Positions 55,304-64,000 of a DNA stretch of 64,000 nt are shown one piece after another (position 1 is the stretch's first letter; each line of letters opens with the position of its first letter). Position numbers and translations under genes: made by a program. Origin of the DNA: an uncultured Eubacteriales bacterium (GTDB taxonomy: Bacteria; Bacillota; Clostridia; Lachnospirales; Anaerotignaceae); assembly GCA_949743655.1 (NCBI GenBank), contig CATJUP010000106.1, forward strand, positions 5,389 to 69,388. Reading direction: 5' to 3'. The notes below the pieces were generated by a model, which did no database searches, was not told the DNA's origin, and was given only the letters and a program-made list of their open reading frames with translations.

Positions 55304-57037
55304 ATGGTTAAACGATTATCACAATGTATAAGACAGTATAAAAAGGCGTCTGTTTTAGCCCCTATGTTGGTTATACTTGAGGTGCTTATGGAGGTTTTTA
55401 TACCTAAAATTATGGCTAAACTTATAGATAACGGCATAAATATGGGAGATATGAGCGTTGTAGTTAATACAGGTTTTATACTTATTTTAGCTTGTGTGTT
55501 TTCACTTATATTTGGAATACTTTCTGGAAAATTTGCGGCAGAGGCATCGACAGGTTTTGCTAGTAATTTGAGAAAAGATATGTTTTATAATGTACAAAAT
55601 TTTTCTTTTGAGAATATAGATAAATTTTCAACATCAAGCATAGTAACAAGGCTTACAACCGATATTACAAATATTCAAAATGCTTATCAAATGGTAGTAC
55701 GTGTGGCGGTGCGCTGCCCTGTAATGCTTTTTTCGGCGCTTTTAATGGCTTTTAGCGTAAACAGCCGTTTGGCTCTTATTTTTTTGTGCGTTGTACCAAT
55801 ATTAGGTTTAGGGCTTTTTATTATAATGCGCGGGGCTCATTCAATATTTGAAAAGGTATTTAAAATGTATGATAATTTAAATCTTGTTGTTCAAGAAAAC
55901 TTGCGTGGCATACGTGTTGTAAAGTCTTTTGTAAGAGAAGATTTTGAAGAGAAAAAATTTAAAAATGTGTCACAAAATATACACGATAACTCAATAAAAG
56001 CCGAAAAATTATTAATGCTTAATATGCCTCTTATGCAGCTTTGCATGTATGCCTGTATACTGCTTATATCATGGTTTGGCGCTAAATTTGTATTAAACGC
56101 CTCAATGACAACAGGAGAGCTTATGATTGTTTTTTCTTACGCTACACAGATACTTATGAGTCTTATGATGCTTTCAATGGTATTTGTAATGCTTATAATG
56201 AGCAGGGCGTCTGCTGAAAGAGTAGTTGAGGTACTTGATGAGAAAAGCACATTAAAAAATGACAATACACCTATTTACGAAATAAAAGACGGAAGTATAG
56301 ATTTTGAGAATGTGTATTTTAGTTACTCACACGATAATAAAGAACGTACGTATGTATTAAGCGATATTAATATTCATATAAACTCTGGTGAAACAATAGG
56401 CATAATAGGCGGCACTGGAAGTTCAAAATCAAGTCTTGTTCAGCTTATACCACGACTTTTTGATGTTTCAAAAGGCGTTGTTAAAGTTGGCGGTAACAAT
56501 GTTAAAAAATATGATATTGAGACTTTGCGTAAAAACGTGTCAATGGTTCTTCAAAAAAACGAGCTGTTTTCGGGAACAATAAAACAAAATTTACTATGGG
56601 GAAACGAAAACGCTAGTGACAGCGAAATTGAGCACGCTTGCCAAATGGCACAGGCTGACAGTTTTATACGTGAGTTTAAAAATGGATACGATACTTATAT
56701 AGAACAAGGAGGCGCCAATGTATCAGGCGGTCAAAAGCAAAGACTGTGTATAGCAAGAGCGTTGTTAAGAAAACCAAAAATACTTATATTTGACGACTCT
56801 ACAAGCGCTGTTGATACAAAAACAGACGCTATTATACGCAATACGCTTTTAAATGAAATACCAGACACAACAAAAATAATTATAGCCCAAAGAATATCAT
56901 CAATAGAGAATGCTGACAAAATAATAATACTTGATAATGGGCATATTGAGGCGTTTGGAACGCATGAGTATTTGCTTAAAAACAGTCCTATTTATAGTGA
57001 GCTTTACTATTCTCAGATTAAAGGAGGCGATGAGTAA
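55304..57037 (+). CDS. ABC exporter half-transporter (TMD-NBD), degenerate-site subunit of a heterodimer
   Basis: 6-TM exporter domain; Walker A GGTGSSKSS; canonical signature VSGGQKQRL; Walker B ILIFDDSTSAVD with Asp in place of the catalytic Glu; ATG 55304 after AAGGAGGG. Confidence 0.9.
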   Translation: MVKRLSQCIRQYKKASVLAPMLVILEVLMEVFIPKIMAKLIDNGINMGDMSVVVNTGFILILACVFSLIFGILSGKFAAEASTGFASNLRKDMFYNVQNFSFENIDKFSTSSIVTRLTTDITNIQNAYQMVVRVAVRCPVMLFSALLMAFSVNSRLALIFLCVVPILGLGLFIIMRGAHSIFEKVFKMYDNLNLVVQENLRGIRVVKSFVREDFEEKKFKNVSQNIHDNSIKAEKLLMLNMPLMQLCMYACILLISWFGAKFVLNASMTTGELMIVFSYATQILMSLMMLSMVFVMLIMSRASAERVVEVLDEKSTLKNDNTPIYEIKDGSIDFENVYFSYSHDNKERTYVLSDINIHINSGETIGIIGGTGSSKSSLVQLIPRLFDVSKGVVKVGGNNVKKYDIETLRKNVSMVLQKNELFSGTIKQNLLWGNENASDSEIEHACQMAQADSFIREFKNGYDTYIEQGGANVSGGQKQRLCIARALLRKPKILIFDDSTSAVDTKTDAIIRNTLLNEIPDTTKIIIAQRISSIENADKIIILDNGHIEAFGTHEYLLKNSPIYSELYYSQIKGGDE

Positions 57038-58926
57038 TGCCTAAATTTGCGCCAAAAACCAAAAAATTATCTAAAAGTGACTTAAATACTGTTAAAAGGC
57101 TGCTTGAATATTTTAAAGCATATAAAGTACAGTTTACTATTGTGCTTGTGTGTATATTTTTAAGCGCAATAGCGTCTGTAAGCGGCTCTATGTTTATAAA
57201 AACACTTATAGATGATTATATAACCCCAATGCTTTTAACACAAAATCCGCAGTATGGCGGGCTTATAACAGCTATATTAAAAATGTGCGCTATATATGCT
57301 TTTGGTATATTGTCTACATTTATTTATTCAAGAATTATGGTAACAATAGCTCAAGGAATATTAAAAACAATACGTGACAAAATGTTTACACATATGCAGT
57401 CACTTCCTATAAAATATTTTGACACTAATTCTTTTGGAGATGTAATGAGTAGATACACAAACGATGCGGACTCTTTAAGGCAAATGCTCTCAATGTCAAT
57501 ACCGCAAATGTTTTCATCTCTTATAACTATAGTCTCGGTTTTTTGTGCAATGATATATAGAAGTTTTTATTTGACTGTTTTGGTAATAATAGTGCTTATT
57601 GTAATGCTTAAAGCCACAAAATTTATAGCGTCTAAAAGCGGGCATTATTTTGTTGAACAGCAAAAAGCGCTTGGCAAAATAAACGGATATATAGAGGAAA
57701 TAATAAACGGTCAAAAAGTTGTAAAGGTTTTTTGTCACGAGGAAAAAACTAAACAAGAGTTTGATATGCTAAACGAAAATATGCGCAATACATCGTATAA
57801 GGCCAATAATTTTGCTAATATACTTATGCCCGTAATGAGCAATATAGGAAATATGCAGTATGTGTTTGTGGCAATAGTTGGCGGTATGCTTGCTATAAGT
57901 GGTATAGGAGGTCTTACACTTGGCGATATAGCATCGTTTTTGCAGTTAAGCCGTAGTTTTACAATGCCTGTAGCGCAAATATCAAACCAGTTTAACGCTA
58001 TAATAATGGCGCTTGCCGGTGCAGAAAGAATATTTACACTTATGGATGAAAAGCCAGAGACTGATGAAGGAAATATAACACTTGTAAACGCCGAAATTGA
58101 TAATGAGGGGAATATTATTCCGGCTGAAAATTATACTGGAAAATGGGCATGGAAATGTCCTAAAAAAGAATGTGGTTTTGATTATATAAAAGTTGAGGGA
58201 AGAGTTGATTTTGATAATGTTGATTTTAGTTATGACAATGTAAGTACTATACTGCATGATATAACTCTTTTTGCCAAACCAGGACAAAAAGTAGCTTTTG
58301 TTGGCGCTACTGGAGCGGGAAAAACAACTATAACAAATCTTATAAACAGATTTTATGACATAGCGGACGGAAAAATACAGTATGACGGCATAAATATAAA
58401 CAGCATTAAAAAAGATGATTTGCGTCATTCTTTGGGTATAGTTTTACAGGATACAAATCTTTTTACCGACACCGTAATGGAGAATATAAGATATGGTCGT
58501 CCTAACGCTACTGACGAGGATGTTTATGCCGCTGCAAAACTTACAAACGCCGATGGTTTTATACGTATGTTGCCAGAAGGATATAATACAGTAATATCTG
58601 GAAGTGGCTCAGAACTTAGTCAAGGTCAAAAACAGTTAATAACAATAGCGAGAGCAGCTATAGCAGAACCACCTGTTATGATACTTGATGAGGCTACAAG
58701 CAGTATAGATACCCGTACAGAGGCTATAGTACAAAAAGGAATGGACGCGCTTATGAAAGGAAGAACAGTTTTTGTTATAGCGCATAGGTTGTCAACAGTG
58801 CGAAACTCAGATGTTATAATGGTTCTTGAACATGGGCGTATTATAGAAAGAGGTAGCCATAAACAACTTATAGAACAAAAAGGTATGTATTACAAACTTT
58901 ATACAGGAGCTTTTGAAATGGACTAA
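57037..58926 (+). CDS. ABC exporter half-transporter (TMD-NBD), consensus-site subunit of the heterodimer
   Basis: Walker A GATGAGKTT; Walker B MILDEATSSID (catalytic Glu present); deviant signature LSQGQKQLI; start overlaps the upstream stop by 1 nt. Confidence 0.9.
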   Translation: MPKFAPKTKKLSKSDLNTVKRLLEYFKAYKVQFTIVLVCIFLSAIASVSGSMFIKTLIDDYITPMLLTQNPQYGGLITAILKMCAIYAFGILSTFIYSRIMVTIAQGILKTIRDKMFTHMQSLPIKYFDTNSFGDVMSRYTNDADSLRQMLSMSIPQMFSSLITIVSVFCAMIYRSFYLTVLVIIVLIVMLKATKFIASKSGHYFVEQQKALGKINGYIEEIINGQKVVKVFCHEEKTKQEFDMLNENMRNTSYKANNFANILMPVMSNIGNMQYVFVAIVGGMLAISGIGGLTLGDIASFLQLSRSFTMPVAQISNQFNAIIMALAGAERIFTLMDEKPETDEGNITLVNAEIDNEGNIIPAENYTGKWAWKCPKKECGFDYIKVEGRVDFDNVDFSYDNVSTILHDITLFAKPGQKVAFVGATGAGKTTITNLINRFYDIADGKIQYDGININSIKKDDLRHSLGIVLQDTNLFTDTVMENIRYGRPNATDEDVYAAAKLTNADGFIRMLPEGYNTVISGSGSELSQGQKQLITIARAAIAEPPVMILDEATSSIDTRTEAIVQKGMDALMKGRTVFVIAHRLSTVRNSDVIMVLEHGRIIERGSHKQLIEQKGMYYKLYTGAFEMD

Positions 58927-59000
58927 CGCTAATATTTTAGAATTTATACAGCCCAAAGCGCATAAATAATATAATAACATAATTAAAATAAGGTGCAATT

Positions 59001-59270
59001 ATGCCAAAAAATATAAGACACGTGTTTGCTGATGTTTTTGAGCTTCCGGTGGAGGCTGTGAGCGCCCTTCCAGTAATTACTCTTACAGGTCAGGTTGATA
59101 TGATTGTGGAGAATTATGGTGGAATTATAGAGTATTCTGATACAAGAATAATGCTTAACACAGCCACCGGTATAATTAAAATAGAAGGAATAGAACTTGA
59201 TATTAAATATATGAACTCACAATGCGTAACTATAAAAGGCGTTATAAATAATTTTTGTTTTGAAAAATAA
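59001..59270 (+). CDS. yqfC: Sporulation protein YqfC (YabP family)
   Basis: 89 aa; LPVITLTGQVDMIVENYGGIIEYSDTRIMLNTATGIIKIEGIELDIKYM; followed by yqfD. Confidence 0.85.
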   Translation: MPKNIRHVFADVFELPVEAVSALPVITLTGQVDMIVENYGGIIEYSDTRIMLNTATGIIKIEGIELDIKYMNSQCVTIKGVINNFCFEK

Positions 59271-59310
59271 TAATTAACGCCTAATGTTTTAACGTAAAGG
59301 AGTTTTTGAT

Positions 59311-60486
59311 ATGGCTATATGGAATTATTTTAGAGGATATGTTATTATAAAAGCATCTGGTCTTTCGGCTGGAAAATTTATAAATATGTCGGCGTTTTAT
59401 GGTGTAAATATTTGGGATATAGAAAATGACGGGAAATATTATTTTATTAAAGCTGATATAAGAGATAAAGACGAGCTAAAAGAAATATCCAGAAAAAGCG
59501 GATGCCGTACTGAGATTGTGGCTTATAAAGGGCTTCCATGTGTTTTAAAACAAATGCGCCGTAAAAGCGCTTATGTGTTTGGCGCATTTGCATTTGTGGC
59601 GGCTATATATGCTCTTTCAGGATTTGTGTGGACTGTTTCGGTGGAAGGGAACTACAGAGTAAGTACAAATGACATAAAAAACTTTTGCCGTCAAAAAGGC
59701 ATTTATCCTGGAAATTTAAAAAGCAAAATAAACACAGAATTAATATCTAATGGTATAATAGCCGAGTTTGAGGATGTAGGCTGGGCGGCGGTAAATATAA
59801 AAGGAACAAAAGCCACAATATCAATTTCTGAAACAATACCTAAAATAGAAATTATTGATAATAGTTTATATTGTGATATAATATCAGAGACGGACGGAAT
59901 AATAGAAAGTATAACTGTAATAAACGGAACTCCGCTTGTTAGGGCTAATGATGTTGTAAAAAAAGGCGATGTCATTGTGTCAGGAGTTCTTGATATAAAA
60001 GACGGCGAAGAAATTAAGGGTCAAAAATACGTAAAAGCCGAGGCATATATTAGGGCTGTTACTGTACATAATGTTTTTTTTCAAGTTGACATGACCGAAA
60101 ATGAAAAAAAGTACACAGGCAAAAAGTCAAAAGGTATAGAGATTTATGCTTTTGAAAAAAAAATAGACTTTTCAACGCCTTTTGGGTATGATAAATTTGA
60201 TAAAACAGAGGGATATAGTTTTGGGCTTAATATAGGCGAATACAATATACCTTTTGGTTTTAAAATTTATAATATTAACGAATATACTATAAACCAAAAA
60301 AAATTATCACAGCAGGAAGCGGAGAAAAAAGCCGCCGATTTTTTGTCAGCTTATAAAGAAGAGCATTTTGGTATGGAAGATTATGTGTTAAGTGAAGATA
60401 TAAAAAGCAATATAAAAGATAATAAACTTGAATATAAAGTTACTATAACTGTATCTCAAACTATAGGGGAAACTAAAACGCGGTAA
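59311..60486 (+). CDS. yqfD: Sporulation protein YqfD
   Basis: WNYFRGYVIIKASGLSAGKFINM.. N-terminus, central TM; conserved yqfC-yqfD-phoH order. Confidence 0.85.
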   Translation: MAIWNYFRGYVIIKASGLSAGKFINMSAFYGVNIWDIENDGKYYFIKADIRDKDELKEISRKSGCRTEIVAYKGLPCVLKQMRRKSAYVFGAFAFVAAIYALSGFVWTVSVEGNYRVSTNDIKNFCRQKGIYPGNLKSKINTELISNGIIAEFEDVGWAAVNIKGTKATISISETIPKIEIIDNSLYCDIISETDGIIESITVINGTPLVRANDVVKKGDVIVSGVLDIKDGEEIKGQKYVKAEAYIRAVTVHNVFFQVDMTENEKKYTGKKSKGIEIYAFEKKIDFSTPFGYDKFDKTEGYSFGLNIGEYNIPFGFKIYNINEYTINQKKLSQQEAEKKAADFLSAYKEEHFGMEDYVLSEDIKSNIKDNKLEYKVTITVSQTIGETKTR

Positions 60487-60539
60487 AATTATGTGTTTGG
60501 ATAACAGGCATATTCAATGTTTTGAGAGGTGGTTTTTTA

Positions 60540-61532
60540 GTGGAGAATGAGGCGTTGTTTTCTATTAAAAACAGCGATGTATCGGCTGTTTTTGGACAAT
60601 TTGACAGAAATGTTAAAAAGATAGAAAAAGAGTTTAATGTAAAAATAGTAAACAGAGGAGATTATATAAAAGTAAAAGGTGACGATGTAACAGGCGCTGT
60701 TAAAACTGTTGAGTGTCTTATAAAAGCCGCCGAGAATAATATTGATATAACCGAACAGTCTTTAAATTATACTATAGAGTCTATAAAAGATAATAATGAG
60801 AAAGATGCCGAAGATATAAATGGAGAGCTTATATGCGTTACAGTAAATGGGCGACCTGTTAGAGCAAAAACCACTGGTCAAAAAAAATATGCCGATGCTA
60901 TAAAGAAAAACACTGTTGTTTTTGGTGTTGGTCCAGCCGGAACGGGTAAAACATATATAGCTATGGCGCTTGCGATAAACGCTTTTAAAAATAATGAGGT
61001 AAACCGTATTATACTTACAAGACCTGCTATAGAGGCGGGTGAGAAATTAGGTTTTTTGCCTGGTGACCTGCAGCAAAAAGTAGACCCATATTTAAGACCG
61101 CTTTATGACGCCCTTTATGATATAATGGGAGCTGACAGTTTTGTTAAAAATATGGAAAAAGGACTTATAGAAGTAGCGCCTTTGGCTTATATGAGAGGAA
61201 GAACTCTTGACAATGCTTTTATTGTGCTTGATGAGGCTCAAAACACAACGCCCGAGCAGATGAAAATGTTTTTAACACGTATAGGCTATGACTCTAAAGC
61301 TGTTATAACGGGCGATATTACACAAATCGACCTTTCGGACGGAAAAAGAAGCGGATTAAAAGAGGCTGTCCAAATATTGGACAACATTGAAGATATAAAA
61401 ATAATAACACTTACAAATAGAGATGTTGTAAGGCATCCTCTTGTTCAAAAAATTATATTGGCTTATGAAAAACATGAACAGCATTTGCAGAAAAAACAGA
61501 ATGCCGTAAATGGCGCTAAAAAACGGAAGTGA
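60540..61532 (+). CDS. phoH: PhoH-family ATPase
   Basis: GVGPAGTGKTYIAMA Walker A, FIVLDEAQN Walker B, ITGDITQIDL; GTG 60540 after GAGAGGTGG. Confidence 0.93.
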   Translation: MENEALFSIKNSDVSAVFGQFDRNVKKIEKEFNVKIVNRGDYIKVKGDDVTGAVKTVECLIKAAENNIDITEQSLNYTIESIKDNNEKDAEDINGELICVTVNGRPVRAKTTGQKKYADAIKKNTVVFGVGPAGTGKTYIAMALAINAFKNNEVNRIILTRPAIEAGEKLGFLPGDLQQKVDPYLRPLYDALYDIMGADSFVKNMEKGLIEVAPLAYMRGRTLDNAFIVLDEAQNTTPEQMKMFLTRIGYDSKAVITGDITQIDLSDGKRSGLKEAVQILDNIEDIKIITLTNRDVVRHPLVQKIILAYEKHEQHLQKKQNAVNGAKKRK

Positions 61533-61539
61533 TAACTTT

Positions 61540-63732
61540 ATGAAAAAAATATTTGAGTCTATTAATCGTTTTTCAAAAAGAGCAATAAACACGCTTATTT
61601 TAATTTTAGCTTTTTTGCTTACTGTTTTTGTTATTTTTGTAGGGGCTTTTACACCTTATGCTTCAACGATTAATATAGGCGATATAGCGCCAAAAAGGTA
61701 TGTGGCCACAAGAAGTATTGAAAATAAAATTGAGACTGAAAGACTGCGTAAATTAGCTGAAAATAGTGTTGGGGAACTTTATAAACATAATCCTGATGTG
61801 GCTGTTGGTGCTGAGCTTGAGATAGACGATATATTTAAAACAATAGATGAAGGCATAAACAGCATGAAATTGTATGCCCAGGAAGAAGCCGCCAGACAAA
61901 ATACACTAAATAAAATAGGCGCTAATTTAGATGATTATCAAGTTGTAAGCCCAAAATATGATTATTCGCTTAGTCTTACTTTTGGCGCGCCGCTTTATTT
62001 TACATCAAGCCAGTATGAGCTTTATGATAAACTTAGCGCAAATGATAAAACCGAGTTTATAAGTGATATAAAATATGCCGTAAACTATGCTTTTGAACAA
62101 GGAATAACAACTGATACAAGACAAAATATTATATCCCAAATAAAAGATATGATAAACGCTCTTAAATGGGGAGAAACATTAAAATCAATGGCTTATTCAA
62201 TATGCGACTCTGTAATAGTGCCTAATCTTATTATAGATAACGATGCTGTAATTGCCGCTAAAGCGCAAAAAGCCTCAGAAATTGAACCGGTAATTATTGT
62301 TAAAGACCAAAAAATTATAGACAGCGGAGAGGTTATAACAGCCGAGACATACGCCATATTAACAGAGCTTAAACTTATAAACACAGGTTATAACGAAAGT
62401 GTTGTACATGTTTTGGGTAGTGTAATTATAATAGCGCTGTGTTTTGTTTCGGCGTTTGTTTATTTGTATACATTGCAGAAAAAGATTTTTGAAAAAAACA
62501 GTTCAGCAGTTTTGCTATTTTTTATATATGCCTTGTCTTTGGCTATAATGTTCTGTACAGAGCGTTTTGAAAACTTTGCGCTTGTGCCTTTAGGTGTTTT
62601 TGCTATGCTTACCTCTGTACTTATAAAACCTAAAATAGCCGTTGTGCTTAACTCTTTTGTGTGCGTAATAGGCTCTATTATATTTAATGGTGATATATAC
62701 TGTCTTATATATTTTATAATTACAGGAAGTTTATCAGCCGTGCTTGTGCAATATACTCAAAAAAGAACAATGGTTGTTATTGTGGCTGTGTCTACAGGAA
62801 TTTTAAACGCTCTTACTTATTTTGGAATAGCTACTTTTGTATACGGCTACTCACAGCAGATTGTAAAAGACAGTCTTTTTGCCTGTGCTACAGGTGTTGT
62901 GTCGCTTGTTATGGTTATAGGCAGTCTTCCGCTTTGGGAAGGAATATTTGGAATGAACACAAAATTTACTCTCACGGAACTTGCTAACCCAAATAACGAG
63001 CTTATGAGAAGACTTATAATACAAACTCCAGGAACGTATCATCACTGTCTTGTTGTGTCAAATTTGGCTGAAACGGCGGCTTACGAAATATACGCCAATG
63101 AAACACTTGCTAAAGTAGGAGGGCTTTTTCACGATATAGGTAAACTTAGCAGTCCTCAGTATTTTAGTGAAAACCAGTTTGGAGTCAATATACATGATAA
63201 GTTAGACCCATATATAAGCGCGCAGGTTATAATAAAACATGTAAAAGATGGTATTGATATAGCTAATAAAGAAAAACTTCCTAATGTGCTAAAAGATATA
63301 ATACAACAGCACCATGGTACAACGCTTGTTAAATATTTCTATGTAAAAAGCGCTAAACAAAAAGAAAACACAGATGAGGTTGTGCACGAAAAAGATTATC
63401 GTTATCCGGGACCTATACCGCAAAGTAAAGAAGCGGCAATAGTAATGCTTGCTGATACAGTTGAGGCGGCTGTTAGAAGTTACGTTTCAACAGGCAAAGA
63501 CGCTAACGAAATAGAAGCGCTTGTTGACGCGCTTTTTAAAGACAAGCTAAATGACGGGCAATTAAATGACTGTCGTCTTGACCTTAAAGAAATTGAGACA
63601 ATAAAAAAATCATTTTTAAAAATGCTCAGCGGAATGTATCATCATAGAGTATCTTATCCAAAAGAGGAAGAAATACAGGCTACAAGAGAAAAAGAGGCTA
63701 TACTCGAAAAGAAAGAGGAAAAAGGACAATGA
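61540..63732 (+). CDS. pgpH: 7TM-HD membrane phosphohydrolase (YqfF/PgpH-type, c-di-AMP phosphodiesterase family)
   Basis: N-terminal extracellular region, 7 TM, C-terminal HD domain (HHCLVVSNLAE..LFHDIGK..QQHHGT); ATG 61540 directly after the phoH stop. Confidence 0.88.
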   Translation: MKKIFESINRFSKRAINTLILILAFLLTVFVIFVGAFTPYASTINIGDIAPKRYVATRSIENKIETERLRKLAENSVGELYKHNPDVAVGAELEIDDIFKTIDEGINSMKLYAQEEAARQNTLNKIGANLDDYQVVSPKYDYSLSLTFGAPLYFTSSQYELYDKLSANDKTEFISDIKYAVNYAFEQGITTDTRQNIISQIKDMINALKWGETLKSMAYSICDSVIVPNLIIDNDAVIAAKAQKASEIEPVIIVKDQKIIDSGEVITAETYAILTELKLINTGYNESVVHVLGSVIIIALCFVSAFVYLYTLQKKIFEKNSSAVLLFFIYALSLAIMFCTERFENFALVPLGVFAMLTSVLIKPKIAVVLNSFVCVIGSIIFNGDIYCLIYFIITGSLSAVLVQYTQKRTMVVIVAVSTGILNALTYFGIATFVYGYSQQIVKDSLFACATGVVSLVMVIGSLPLWEGIFGMNTKFTLTELANPNNELMRRLIIQTPGTYHHCLVVSNLAETAAYEIYANETLAKVGGLFHDIGKLSSPQYFSENQFGVNIHDKLDPYISAQVIIKHVKDGIDIANKEKLPNVLKDIIQQHHGTTLVKYFYVKSAKQKENTDEVVHEKDYRYPGPIPQSKEAAIVMLADTVEAAVRSYVSTGKDANEIEALVDALFKDKLNDGQLNDCRLDLKEIETIKKSFLKMLSGMYHHRVSYPKEEEIQATREKEAILEKKEEKGQ

Positions 63733-64000
63733 CAGTTTTAATAAACAATGATACAAGTTTTGATATTGAGGAATATGAGAAGCTGTTTAATGATGTTGTG
63801 TTGGAGAGTATTAATTTTGAAAATTTTGAGAGTGAATGCGAGATAAGTATATCATTGGTTGATAATTGCAATATACAAAAACTAAATAAACAATTTAGAA
63901 ATATAGACGCGCCTACAGACGTGCTGAGTTTTCCTATGTTAAATTTTGAAAAGGATGAGAAGCCGGAAAAGAACGAAAACGGTGAAATAATTTTAGGTGA
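63729..64000 (+). CDS. ybeY: rRNA maturation endoribonuclease YbeY (5' part; 3' end outside window)
   Basis: Own translation: MTVLINNDTSFDIEEYEKLFNDVVLES..ISISLVDNCNIQKLNKQFRNIDAPTDVLSFPM..; ATGA overlap with the pgpH stop; the frame is open to the window end. Confidence 0.85.
   Translation, partial: MTVLINNDTSFDIEEYEKLFNDVVLESINFENFESECEISISLVDNCNIQKLNKQFRNIDAPTDVLSFPMLNFEKDEKPEKNENGEIILG

Noticed and set aside
1-64000. Mobile elements, CRISPR arrays, tRNA/rRNA genes, toxin-antitoxin or defence-system genes
   Set aside because: I recognised no transposase, integrase or recombinase ORFs, no regularly spaced direct repeats and no cloverleaf or rRNA-like GC-rich segments. All large ORFs are accounted for by motility, surface, transport or housekeeping functions.

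Overview
AT-rich, Clostridia-like (spore-former) chromosomal segment dominated by a near-complete flagellar and chemotaxis regulon. A divergent mcp gene precedes a ~23.5 kb same-strand array, flgB-flgC-fliE-fliF-fliG-fliH-fliI-fliJ-fliK-flgD-(TIGR02530-like)-flgE-flbD-motA-motB-fliM-fliY-cheY-fliO-fliP-fliQ-fliR-flhB-flhA-sigD-flgF-flgG-cheC-cheD. Next come cheV, a degenerate EAL-HDOD gene, a minus-strand ParA/ComFB-domain pair, then fliD-fliS-(fliT-like). After these are a minus-strand C39-like peptidase, an orphan FtsE-like ATPase, flgM-flgN-flgK-flgL-yviE-fliW-csrA and a minus-strand cheA-cheW-cheR-cheB operon. The right part holds a FliK-like/FlhB-C-terminal-like pair, a PilZ-like gene coupled to a 1515-aa SLH surface protein, two membrane proteins behind a sigma-28-type box, a heterodimeric ABC exporter, and housekeeping yqfC-yqfD-phoH-pgpH-ybeY. 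I saw no rRNA, tRNA, CRISPR or mobile element. The items most worth follow-up are these: (1) the ParA plus ComFB-domain module inside the motility locus. (2) A FliY with three internal copies of a CheY-P-docking-like peptide. (3) An FtsE paralog lacking FtsX and the Q-loop Gln, beside a membrane-anchored C39-like peptidase. (4) A GC-rich two-hairpin element with GEMM-I-like features between mcp and flgB. (5) A free-standing FlhB(CC) mimic with a FliK-like partner. (6) Several degenerate cyclic-dinucleotide-type domains. No flagellin, fliL, flhF or flhG gene lies in the window. All calls rest on reading the translations and sequence by eye; no database search was run.
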